Below are positions 1-11,394 of a DNA stretch of 64,000 nucleotides, piece after piece. Position numbers and translations under genes: made by a program. Numbering within the stretch: the stretch's first letter is position 1; every line of letters starts with the position of its first letter. The stretch comes from Lytechinus pictus (taxonomy: Eukaryota). The stretch is taken from NCBI RefSeq assembly GCF_037042905.1, contig NC_087251.1, positions 23,252,001-23,316,000 of the forward strand. Direction: 5' to 3'. Under the pieces are notes generated by a model. That model had not been told where the DNA came from. It did not search any database and saw nothing but the letters and a program-made list of their open reading frames with translations.

Positions 1-134
1 TATAAATAATGAAAAACAAATAATCATTATTTGTAAATAATGAAAAACAAATAATCATTATTTATAAATAATGAAAAACAAATAATCATTATTTATAAAT
101 AATGAAAAACAAATAATCATTATTTATAAATAAT
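1..134. repeat. 31-bp AT-rich tandem repeat, about 4.3 copies, running off the window start
   Basis: TATAAATAATGAAAAACAAATAATCATTATT at 1, 32, 63, 94 and partial at 125; degenerate copies continue to about 310. Confidence 0.9.
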
Positions 135-334
135 GGAATGTCGAACTATTATTATTTACAAATAATGAAGTATTACTTGGAATTATATATAAATAATTAG
201 AAATGATATTTTATATAATAGTAGTTATTTACAAATAAAATGTAAATTATATATAAATAATAGTTATTATTTAATAAATAATGATTATATAACAAATAAT
301 TGTTCTATATAATATTGGTACATTCGGCGCCTCA

Positions 335-1847
335 TAATGAACCCCCCTTACATCTAAGATACGAAAAACTCTCTTTACACTATGCGATAAAGTTAAAAAA
401 TAACTCTCATAATCCGACATATGATTGTACATTCACGCCACGATATATTAATTTTTATACTAGTAAACCATCAGCCATCAAAACTTTTGGTTTACGTACT
501 AAAGAAGCTTTAACACATATACTGGATGCTACTAACGTAGCTCCTTCCTTGATATATAATATTCCACCATGGATGATTGCTGAACCAGTAATTGATTTTA
601 CACTAAGAACATATAAAAAGGGTTTTACAAGTGATTTAGTTTTCCTAAATAAATTTGGAGAAATAAGACATAAATATAGTAATTATCGTGCAATCTATAC
701 AGATGGATCAAAACACCAGAATAAAGTAGGTGCGGCTTGTATCAGTGGTCCTATACAAAGACAAGTTAGATTGCCAGATAGTTCTTCCATATATACTGCT
801 GAGTTATTAGCTTTGAAAATGGCTTTAGGTGTTGTAGAAAACTGTGTCGGTAGACTTTTTGTTATTTATACAGATTCTTTGTCTTCTTTAACGGCATTAC
901 AAAATAGAAATCATAAACATCCTTATATTGTTCAGTTATTGGAAATTCTGTATAAACTCAATACACTAGGTAAACAAATAATATTTGTTTGGATACCAAG
1001 CCATACAGGTATTCAAGGTAATGAAAAAGCTGATAAGTTAGCTAAAGAAGCTTTAGATCTGGATATAACAGAAATACAGATACCTTACACTGATCTAAAA
1101 TCAAAGGTTAATACTTATATTAGAAATAAATGGCAAACATCATGGGATCTAAATCCTAATAATAAACTCCATCAACACCAACCAAGACTTGAATCACAAA
1201 ATACTCTTCCATTAGCTAAACGACGGGAAGACATTGTATTGACCCGTGCTCGTATTGGACATTCTCACTTAACACATGCATATTTATTTGCAGGAGAAAA
1301 TCCACCTCAATGCATATCATGTAATTGTACACTTACAGTAAAACACATCCTCATTGAATGTGTTGATTTTGCACATATTCGTACTAACTTTTATGATGTT
1401 CCTGACCTTAAGATATTATTTAGATATATTTCACGATTATGTATTGTAAATTTCCTAAAGGAGATCAATCTGTTTATTAGATTTTAGGTGGGAAACTGTT
1501 CGATTCCCAATCACAACAGGTATACCCTTGGGCAAGGTATTTTATTCCAATTGTCTAGTCTTTCGGAGGAGACTCTAAGCCGTCGGTCCCGTGTAAGGGA
1601 GAGTCACACCATTTGCACGTTAAAAAACCTACTCCTCTTTTCGTAAAGAGTAGGGAAGTTATCCCGGGGAAGTAGTTAACATATTAATTTATTGCTGATA
1701 ATCACTTATTTATAATCCTGTTCCTTTGTAAAGTTGCATTAGGGTAATTTGTACTGTATTATAGTAACCTTTCCAGATTAACTGTCCGACACTTATATGA
1801 CACGCATGTGTTGATAGTGTCGTTAAATTTTTATCAATCAATCAATC
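335..1847 (+). mobile_element. Non-LTR retrotransposon (I/Nimb-type) 3' portion, copy 1: RNase H, CCHC knuckle, 3' UTR, (CAAT)n tail
   Basis: ORF ending at 1487 has RNase H motifs YTDGS, AELLA, TDS, WIPSH, GNEKAD and C-terminal CISC..KHILIEC; identity to copy 2 begins at TAATGAACCCC (335); tail ATCAATCAATCAATC ends at 1847. Confidence 0.92.
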
Positions 1848-3692
1848 CTGTAGTTCAACAAACTAAATACCTAGGCTTAATATTTGATAATAAATTCAAT
1901 TTTAAAGCTCATATTGATTATGTAAGACTAAAGTGTCATAAAGCTTTAAATCTTTTGAAGGTTGTGTCCAAAATGGATTGGGGTGCTGATCGCATTGTCC
2001 TTCTCCGTTTATATAGATCTTTAGTTAGACCTAAGCTTGATTATGGCAGTGCAGTTTATAGTTCCGCCCGAACGTCATATCTTGAAAAATTGAAACCCAT
2101 ACAGAATCAAGGACTTCGACTTTGTCTAGGAGCATTTCGTACATCTCCTATGGAGAGTCTTTATGTGGAGGCTAATGAACCCCCCTTACATCTAAGATAC
2201 GAAAAACTCTCTTTACACTATGCGATAAAGTTAAAAAATAACTCTCATAATCCGACATATGATTGTACATTCACGCCACGATATATTAATTTTTATACTA
2301 GTAAACCATCAGCCATCAAAACTTTTGGTTTACGTACGAAAGAAGCTTTAACACATATACTGGATGCTACTAACGTAGCTCCTTCCTTGATATCTAATAT
2401 GCCACCATGGATGATTGCTGAACCAGTAATTGATTTTACACTAAGAACATATAAAAAGGGTTTTACAAGTGATTTAGTTTTCCTAAATAAATTTGGAGAA
2501 ATGAGACATAAATATAGTAATTATCGTGCAATCTATACAGATGGATCAAAACACCAGAATAAAGTAGGTGCGGCTTGTATCAGTGGTCCTATACAAAGAC
2601 AAGTTAGATTGCCAGATAGTTCTTCCATATATACTGATGAGTTATTAGCTTTGAAAATGGCTTTAGGTGTTGTAGAAAACTGTGTCGGTAGACTTTTTGT
2701 TATTTATACAGATTCTTTGTCTTCTTTAACGGCATTACAAAATAGAAATCATAAACATCCTTATATTGTTCAGTTATTGGAAATTCTGTATAAACTCAAT
2801 ACACTAGATAAACGAATAATATTTGTTTGGATACCAAGCCAGACAGGTATTCAAGGTAATGAAAAAGCTGATAAGTTAGCTAAAGAAGCTTTAGATCTGG
2901 ATATAACAGAAATACAGATACCTTACACTGATCTAAAATCAAAGGTTAATACTTATATTAGAAATAAATGGCAAACATCATGGGATCTAAATCCTAATAA
3001 TAAACTCCATCAACACCAACCAAGACTTGAATCACAAAATACTCTTCCATTAGCTAAACGACGGGAAGACATTGTATTGACCCGTGCTCGTATTGGACAT
3101 TCTCACTTAACACATGCATATTTATTTGCAGGAGAAAATCCACCTCAATGCATATCATGTAATTGTACACTTACAGTAAAACACATCCTCATTGAATGTG
3201 CTGATTTTGCACATATTCGTACTAACTTTTATGATGTTCCTGACCTTAAGATATTATTTAGAGATATTTCACGATTATGTATTGTAAATTTCCTAAAGGA
3301 GATCAATCTGTTTATTAGATTTTAGGTGGGAAACTGTTCGATTCCCAATCACAACAGGTATACCCTTGGGCAAGGTATTTTATTCCAATTGTCTAGTCTT
3401 TCGGAGGAGACTCTAAGCCGTCGGTCCCGTGTAAGGGAGAGTCACACCATTTGCACGTTAAAAAACCTACTCCTCTTTTCGTAAAGAGTAGGGAAGTTAT
3501 CCCGGGGAAGTAGTTAACATATTAATTTATTGCTGATAATCACTTATTTATAATCCTGTTCCTTTGTAAAGTTGCATTAGGGTAATTTGTAATTTGTACT
3601 GTATTATAGTAACCTTTCCAGATTAACTGTCCGACACTTATATGACACGCATGTGTTGATAGTGTCGTTAAATTTTTATCAATCAATCAATC
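1848..3692 (+). mobile_element. Same LINE, copy 2, 5'-truncated within the RT domain and joined directly to the tail of copy 1
   Basis: KYLGLIFD and WGADRIVLLRLYRSLVRPKLDYG RT C-terminal motifs, RNase H, CCHC; stop at 3325; about 99% identical to copy 1; same tail ends at 3692. Confidence 0.93.
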
Positions 3693-3737
3693 GACTCGCC
3701 ATACGGCGGCCGTCGGGGAAATGTGACTGAGGCGCCG
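3693..3737. mobile_element. Right-hand remnant of a small TIR element related to the 33168-33331 MITE
   Basis: GACTCGCCATACGGCGGCCGTCGGGGAAATGTGACTGAGG resembles GACTTGCCGTATGGCCGCCATAGAGCAAATGTGACCGAGG at 33290-33329. Confidence 0.55.
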
Positions 3738-3891
3738 GCGTTCTTAATAGCTGAGATCCTTTTTTCGGCCTCACCAAAGTTTTCAAAAGGGAGGATAGGT
3801 TTGGGGAACTTTGATATAAGCTATGCCTACCAATGTTCTCTTACCCCATTTCTTTCACCACATATCCATCTTCTATCTTTCAGGAAAAACA

Positions 3892-5082
3892 ATGACAGAC
3901 ACCGACATCTCAACCTTTGAGAACCAGACGAGAGGACAGACAATATTCATCCATGTTGACACAAGACTTGCTTTATTAATTTCGCTGTACACGGTGATTG
4001 GTTTCATGACAATAGTATGTAACGTTATAGTCATTGCTACGTATTGGAAATTCTCCGACGCAAAGAAAGATGTGGCCAACACTTTGATCTTGAATTTGTC
4101 TTACGCTGATCTACTGGTTGGGGTTATTAATGTCCCCATAATTGCCGTTGTAGAATTTCACCAAGGACAGTGGATCTTTGGTGAGGTCTCGTGCAAGATA
4201 GTTATAGCTGTCAGCTATCTCGATACCTTAATTCCTGTGGTGATCATGTTGATGCTCATGGCCCATAGGAGAATGTCTGTTTCCAGAAATGCTCACATTC
4301 GCAATTATTTGAAGAGAAGACATATCCACAGTATGATGGCAATTATCTGGTTGGTACTTCTTTTGTTTTACCTCATGATATCTTTTGGCTTTCCGAAAAT
4401 AAGCCAACGTAGGTATGTGGACTACGAGAGCTTCTGTGAGATGGAGATGATTTACCACAAACCATTTGCTGTAGCTTTGACCATATTTGAATTCATTTTG
4501 CCCGTAATTTGTCTCTCGGTGATGACAATAAATTTACTCTATACCATTTGGAAACAGTCGCATATCATGGTAGGTATCAGCAACAGTTTCCAACGAAATG
4601 AAACTGAAAGACATCCCGATCACGACCTGTGTCCAAACAGTTCGGCAAATGGAATGTCTTCAGAATTGAACATGTCCTCCCGCATGTCCTCAGCGCTACC
4701 GGCAACATCCTGTCAACCTCAGACCTTAAACTCCACAGGTTCTAGAATGGCGAGTCTTCAAACAAAATCAAACCAGCATCGTGACAATAACCGAGAAGAA
4801 AACCCAGAAAATAGAGGTGGTCGATCATGCTGTTTTCGACCCGTTAGAGGCATTCGTCGTTCTAGTCGTGCCTTGTTAGCCATCATCCTGTGCCACATGT
4901 TCTTTTGGTCACCTCATGCAGTAACGAGCTTGATAAGAGCAGTGTGCCCAAGATGCATCTCAGTTGCTACGTTTCGTTACGCTACCATATCTCTCGGATT
5001 GAATAGCGTGGTAAACCCATTTCTTTACGCTTTTACTAGTCGCCACTACAGAATGGGAATCCTTCGACTTTCTCGATGTTGA
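3892..5082 (+). CDS. Rhodopsin-like (class A) GPCR, 396 aa, single coding exon, amine-receptor-like scaffold with atypical motifs
   Basis: Seven hydrophobic segments; TM1 CN, TM2 NLSYADLLVG, ECL1 WIFGEVSC, TM5 FILP, TM6 FWSP, TM7 NSVVNPFLY; pyrimidine tract plus CAG acceptor at 3883 just before ATG 3892, so the ORF-track start at 3823 is probably intronic. Confidence 0.9.
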   Translation: MTDTDISTFENQTRGQTIFIHVDTRLALLISLYTVIGFMTIVCNVIVIATYWKFSDAKKDVANTLILNLSYADLLVGVINVPIIAVVEFHQGQWIFGEVSCKIVIAVSYLDTLIPVVIMLMLMAHRRMSVSRNAHIRNYLKRRHIHSMMAIIWLVLLLFYLMISFGFPKISQRRYVDYESFCEMEMIYHKPFAVALTIFEFILPVICLSVMTINLLYTIWKQSHIMVGISNSFQRNETERHPDHDLCPNSSANGMSSELNMSSRMSSALPATSCQPQTLNSTGSRMASLQTKSNQHRDNNREENPENRGGRSCCFRPVRGIRRSSRALLAIILCHMFFWSPHAVTSLIRAVCPRCISVATFRYATISLGLNSVVNPFLYAFTSRHYRMGILRLSRC

Positions 5083-5884
5083 TGACTTCTGACACCCTGA
5101 CCGACACCAAAGCCATACATTTTCTGACATATTTTTTAAAGTGTTTGATGAGTCTTTGCTTTCTTTCAATATTCGAGGTTATATTGTCTGGCGCGGTTCT
5201 AGACTTTTTTTTTGGGGGGGGGGGGGGCTTATAGGGGCTTGAGAAATTTTCGACGTTTGTTTATTCAATACAGTGAAAAATTGCCTTTTGTGGGTACCCT
5301 TATACTGACCAAGCAGCTAGTACCCCCCCCCCTTCCCTCCTATAAAAATATTCCTAATACCATGCGAGGGAGCGTAGCGATTACCCCCCCCCCCAAACAA
5401 AAGCAAAATCAAATTTCAAAATGCTTAAGAATTTTCATATATAACATGAATCAGGTCCTAATGAATGTTATAGATGTAGATGAGGACATTTAACGATAAG
5501 GGGGGGGGGGCTGGTGATCAGGAAACGGGTTTGTGTCGTTACTCTCTCATGGCGTTTTTTAAGAGTGATATTCTCCAAATTTAGAGACCTTTGAAGATAA
5601 AAAAAAGTATAATAGAACATGGCAGGAGATGGGTTTTAATGTCAATGACACCCCTTACATATATTATGAGTGAATTTTTTTTAAAGTGAAACCTAGCATT
5701 TCGAGTACTATGAACTTCCAAATAAATGTACATCTGCAACATCGTTAAAATACTTTAATGGGATACTCAACATGAATATAGGCTGCAAAAGAATACGACC
5801 CATTGATCACTGCCCCGTATAACGCAAAAGTCTACACAATAGAGTATTGTAGAGAATAGAGTCACACCATTCTTCGTGTTGCTT

Positions 5885-6160
5885 CTATCGTGGAGCGGGG
5901 GACAGGGACGATCGCCATGAAAATATTGGGGATGCGGCAAACACATAGATTTGCCCTGCCCAATAATGATTTTGACAATATGAAAAATTTATCAATCCAA
6001 TGCAAAAATGTGTTAGAAATAAAAAACGTCTGAAAGCGCTATAAAACCAAACTTGACGTGCAAAATTCTGTCTTATGATTTGGCTCGCGGAGCGCGCCGA
6101 AAACTTTGGACATTGTCTTTAACCCCTCTCACCATCTGAAACATGGATCGACACTCCTGA
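5885..6160 (+). mobile_element. Degenerate copy of the hAT-type MITE seen at 14460-14851
   Basis: Shares CGATCGCC..ATGAAAATATTGGGG..CAAACA and the terminal ATGGATCGAC..CCTG. Confidence 0.55.
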
Positions 6161-6206
6161 ATCTAAACTATGTTTTAAATAACTTTTGCCTCAGTCAGGG
6201 AGTATA

Positions 6207-7892
6207 CAGTGCGTCCAAAAAACTATACACTTTTAAAATGGCTGCCAAATAAAAAAAAATATATCACTTTGGGGGGAAACACTTACACATATGGAAGCCA
6301 ATAAAGTCAACTATCAAATGACATCAAAAAGTTGGGAAACTATTCATGCTTGAGCGAGCACTGCCCACTGAAACAAAGGGTATGAAAATTAGGCTGGGCC
6401 GGAATTTGCCTTCCAATTTCTGTCAGTTGTTGAAAGGCAAATCCTTAATTAAATTGAACTTTAATGCATGAGTAAACACAAATTACACTTTTTGGGCAGC
6501 ATTTCAACTTTATCATGTGGATCGCAGCAATGTTTTCATGAGAGTCAGGAGAATAGGGGGTGAGATAGGACTTAAGTGGGAGAAGTAGGTTGATGGAATA
6601 ATGGTCAACAAAACATTTAGCCTCCCCCCCCCCTCACTCTCTCCCGCCCTCCCCTCCTGTTGAGAGACTGATTGCTATTGTCATGTACGCGTGAAGTCCA
6701 TAGCAGAATGTCGATTCAATGATAAATTCTGAATTGGGGCATAAACGTTTTCCTATCAATCAATTTAATCAATAATTTATCAATAAATAACTAATTCGAT
6801 GTGCAATGTGATCAATCAAACATTCAGTTTTTTTCCAATGAATTATATCATAAATCATCAGTCAATTTCTTGGTAATCATTCAATGAAAAAAAAACTGAC
6901 CATCAGCCACCGGTCACTTGGCAGTTAAGTTTTGAATAGTCTACAATGTAGGAAGTGAGACAGAGAGAGAGAGGGGGGAGCCTGAGAAATGGAGATGTAG
7001 GGGGAGGGGGTAAATATGACTTTTAATTTGTAAAAGGACAAAAAGAAGAGGAATGCCCATTTAATCAAGTCTTACCATATCTTGTCCTCTTCCTTGTAAC
7101 AGGTATCGTTACTCTGACCATGGACCTATTACGAATAGGTCCATGCTCACACACTGCTGGAGGTCCACAAGATGAATATACTACACTAAAATTACAATTC
7201 TGTTCACTCATGCGTTAAATTTCAATTTAGTAACTCATGAAAGTTGTGTAAGAAACCAAAACTTATCTCACTCATTAATTTAGCATAACACCCTTAGCTT
7301 TGCAAGTTCCAAAGGACTAACCACTCAAAAAACTGTAAGGCTAATTACTGCCCAGCCTAGCCGAGCTTAGTCTCTCAGGAGGAGAGAAGGGGGGAGGATA
7401 TAGAGATGGAGGAAGGGGGTGCTAAATGTTCTGTTGACCTTTATCCCATCAACGTACTTCATCTACTTAAGTTCTATCTTACCCCCTATTCTCCTGACTC
7501 TCGTGAACATATTGCTGAAATCCTTATGATAAAGTCAAAATGCTGCACTAAAAATTGCAATTGATGATCACTCATGCAATAAATTTCAATTAAATAAAGC
7601 ATGAAATTTTCTCAAACAACAAACTGATCACAATTGATCATTGATTCATCACAAAACCCTCAACTTTGCAAGTTCAAAAAAACAAACCTGAAATTCCGGC
7701 CCAGCCTAATTTTCATACCCTTTGTTTCAGTGGGCAGTGCTCGCTCAAGCATGAATAGTTTTCCAACTTTTTGTGTCATTTAAAAGTTGACTTTATTGGC
7801 TTTCCATACATATAAATCTTTCCCCCTTAAGTGATATATTTTCTATTTGGCAGCCATTTCAAAATTGTATAGTTTTTTGGGGGGACGCACTG
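6207..7892. mobile_element. Tc1/mariner-type non-autonomous element with long TIRs
   Basis: TA|CAGTGCGTCC ... GGACGCACTG|TA; about 210-bp near-perfect TIRs plus further diverged inverted similarity (about 6440-6625 vs 7410-7600); no transposase ORF. Confidence 0.88.
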
Positions 7893-7894
7893 TA

Positions 7895-8654
7895 CAGTGC
7901 GTCCCAGAAAAAACGAAACCGAGATTTAGCGATGATTTATCATAACTTAATCAAAAATAGAATAGACAAATGACCTACCAATGTAAAGCTTAGAATCTCC
8001 TCTTTCATCTTATATTACTCCTCATTCACGCATGAGTGAGCAAAAACAATTGGAAGGAAGGATACCAAAAACTAATTTGGCGGGGGGTATATGAATTTTT
8101 AAAAGAAAATCACATGTCTTAAAAGTTCAATATCTGCTCTTTAATTTGATACCTCAATTACAGAAAATGGTCAAGAAATAACAAAGTTCTGGTTATTTGA
8201 AATAAGGCTTGAATTTCCATAATGTCATTAAATAAACTGTTTTCACCGGTTCCCCACAGAAGCTATCGCATGGTTAACAAAAGACTTAATGCATGGCTGA
8301 TCGTAAACAAAACGGAGTGTCGAGTGAGTTTGAACGCTAGCCTGTAAAACCTCTTCATTTTATGAAATTATTGACATTCAAGCCTTATTTCAAATAACCA
8401 GAACTTTGTTAATTCTTGACCATTTGCTGTAATTGAGGTATCAAATTAAAGAGCAGATATTAAACTTTGTAAAAATGTGGTTTTTCTTTTGAAAGCTAGA
8501 TACAACCCGCCAAATGACTTTTTGGTATCCCCTCTTCAAATTGAAAGAGGAGATTCTAAGCTTTACATTGGTAGGTCATTTGTCTATTTTATTTGTGATT
8601 AAATTATGATAAATCATCGCTAAATCTCGGTTTCGTTTTTTCTGGGACGCACTG
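7895..8654. mobile_element. Tc1/mariner-type MITE, almost fully palindromic
   Basis: TA|CAGTGCGTCCCAGAAAAAACGAAACCGAGATTTAGCG ... CGCTAAATCTCGGTTTCGTTTTTCTGGGACGCACTG|TA; arms about 300 bp. Confidence 0.9.
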
Positions 8655-8922
8655 TATAGTAACAGAGCCATTCTACTATATTGCAGGAGATCATTGACTT
8701 CCTTTACCCGCACTGTAAACGAGCATTAATGTATTCTGCATTTAGATGTTATTTTGCGAGGAAGCGTTTAACGACCGAGCGAGAAGATTTTCGAATATGA
8801 ATAGTAAAAACTTTGATTTTAGAGCACTTGACGACATGAATGGAATAACACATTAATCAATGCATAATATATACACGCATATAGCGCGTACATATATATT
8901 TTTTTCCTTTGTGGTCGAACGT

Positions 8923-8953
<31 letters not shown>

Positions 8954-9745
8954 GGGGGGGGGGGCTTGAGCGCCTTTTTGGGTGGGGGTTTCAGTCCCCA
9001 AAGCCCCCCCCCCCCCACTCAGAACCGCGCGTGCAAATTGTACATAGACCTAGGGTAGGCCCTATTGTTTATACTCAAACTTATCTTGCGCTATTGGTGT
9101 TAGAATAAGATATAAGACCAAGTCAAATTATATTATGCATTCATAATGCTACATTTGTTTTTTCATATTAATGACACCGGGTTACTGTGCTCAAACACAT
9201 TTAAATAGAGTTCTTGCTTTACAGAAAAGAGCAATACAAGCAATTAACAACACCCACCCCAGAACATCTTCTTAACCACTATTATATAATTATAGTTTTG
9301 TTTTATGTTGCACAATCTAATAATAGCATCTTTTATGTATTTGTTTTAGCACCAGCTGCTTCCTCCCATATTCAACAATTCTTCTTCGATTTCGAATCGT
9401 ATGTTGTATGTTTTTAATGAGAATTTGAAATAAGTGAAAGAATGTAAAGAATGAATCCATCCATTACTGCAAGAAAGGGACTACAATGTCGTCATCTAAT
9501 GTTTCTCGGGCAAAGGACTATCTATTGTTGTGTTGTCATATCAAGGTTCTCTTTTGCTACCTTCAAATCCATAGCTGTTGATGTTTAGAACATACATATA
9601 GATGCTTTCACAGCTCATCGTTACAAGATGTCTAGATAACTCTCAATTTGTGGTAATATTCTCAAACATTTTCTCTGTATTTTTTAACGTCTTTAGCATG
9701 AACGCTGCGCAATAAAAAACTTATTCCAAACAGAATAGGGATTAA

Positions 9746-11194
9746 AGTTGAATTAAGAAGACGATTCCAAATATTGAGATATTTACATTAATAGCAACCT
9801 TACAACCCCCCAAACACTAATAGGTGATTCGACCCCCCATTTTCTTTTTTCAAAATAGTGAATTTGAACGATTTATCCCTACCCATTTTCCCTGAGTTCG
9901 CTCCTGCAATGCCTACCGAGACGGGTGTTCTTTGAGTGTGACGTCACCGGGGGGTATTCGGTCCCGGTGTAGTGCCGTTTTGTGTACTATGCACGTACTC
10001 CTTCATATGGAATAACTGCAGTTGAAGTTGTATCTGCGAGCCATAGAACTTGCAAAGAGGAAATGATTAAAATATTTGTGGCCGTACTATTATTCCAAAT
10101 ATGTGAATTCCCTCAGAATGATACCATAGACCCTAAAGGAATAATTTCAAGGTGAATAATATGAAATTTGATCGAGATCTTCTCACCAGTCGATAACGTA
10201 GCAGACGTGTTATTATGACATATGTATCCGCGTGTGACGCGGCTCTTGCAAAAAAACACAGTTGGTTGCGGAATTGCTTTGTGCCGACCGGCCGCCCGCT
10301 CCGGCGCAGCTAGCTGTCGAGCTACCGTACCGTTCTTGTTGTCTTCAACCATAGAGATGTATACTAGCTAATTACTATATATATGACTTTCTGTCTTCAA
10401 CTCACTTCCGAATTGCGTTTGTATGTGTGACGGTGACCCCTAGCGTAATTAAATATAGAAAACAACTCAGAAGGCCGAGAAAGAATACTATACGTTTGGT
10501 TCAAGATTGTTCTGTGGAATGAGATATGAGTGGAAATGATCCAGAGGATATAAAAGTGGAGTCAAAGACAAAAGAAAAGAAGAAAAAACGCCAGGGGATC
10601 GCTGCACGGCCATGAACTAAGTCGACGTACCAGACCATAACAGTACACTCAATGCCTGGGTGTTGTGTGTACTAGTATTATGCGTTCAGCGCGCGCTGAG
10701 CTAGCCGCCGGAATTACTTTCCAGCTACTCACTTGATTGAACATCGTGATAAAATAAATGAGAAATAGTGAAAATATCATTCAATAACTCACTGTTTGCT
10801 ATCTTACATCATGATTGAAGAGTTCATGGTGGTTATTCATACTGTTTTTTATACAGGGAAAGTAAAGATTTGTACATATCAGTCCTATTTGTTTGATTTG
10901 AGTTGCTTTGAAAAAAAATTGTAAAATATCTTTCTCTCTCTGCATAGCATTTCTGTATGACATTCAGGCACCTCTTATACTAAATTCCCCCCGGTGACGT
11001 CACACTCCGAGTGACTTTTCTGTACACTCGTCTCTCGGGCTCTGACAGGTGGCTAATTTCATAGACTTTCAAAGCAAAATATCGAGAAGGCAGAGGATTA
11101 TTGTGACATGCTATGTGTTTGAACAACTTATATATACTATATATTGTATGTAGAACCTATATTTATGGAAACTCACCCCCTTCTTAATTCAACT
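9746..11194. mobile_element. TTAA-targeting non-autonomous DNA element (Kolobok-like)
   Basis: TTAA|AGTTGAATTAAGAAG ... CTTCTTAATTCAACT|TTAA; internal inverted pair GAGTGTGACGTCACCGGGGGG (9934) / CCCCCCGGTGACGTCACACTC (10987). Confidence 0.75.
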
Positions 11195-11394
11195 TTAAAG
11201 AAAAACATGGATGACCCAGGAAGATAGAAAGCTATGTATATAAAAAAGAATATCTTATTCTTACATAAAAAAATACCCAAAAAATCCAACAAATCTAAAA
11301 TTAAACAAATATTTAAAAAAATGAAGAAATTTCGTGACTTACCAGCTGCATAGAGTCAATTCCGATCATTACACACATTGGAAGACAATCCGAG

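Noticed and set aside
1808..1847. N-terminus of the 505-aa ORF as a real start
   Set aside because: It reads through the 3' tail of LINE copy 1 into truncated copy 2; chance in-frame fusion
5188..9033. One large element bounded by GCGCGGTTCT / AGAACCGCGC
   Set aside because: No TSD; each end looks like a separate short G-run MITE remnant
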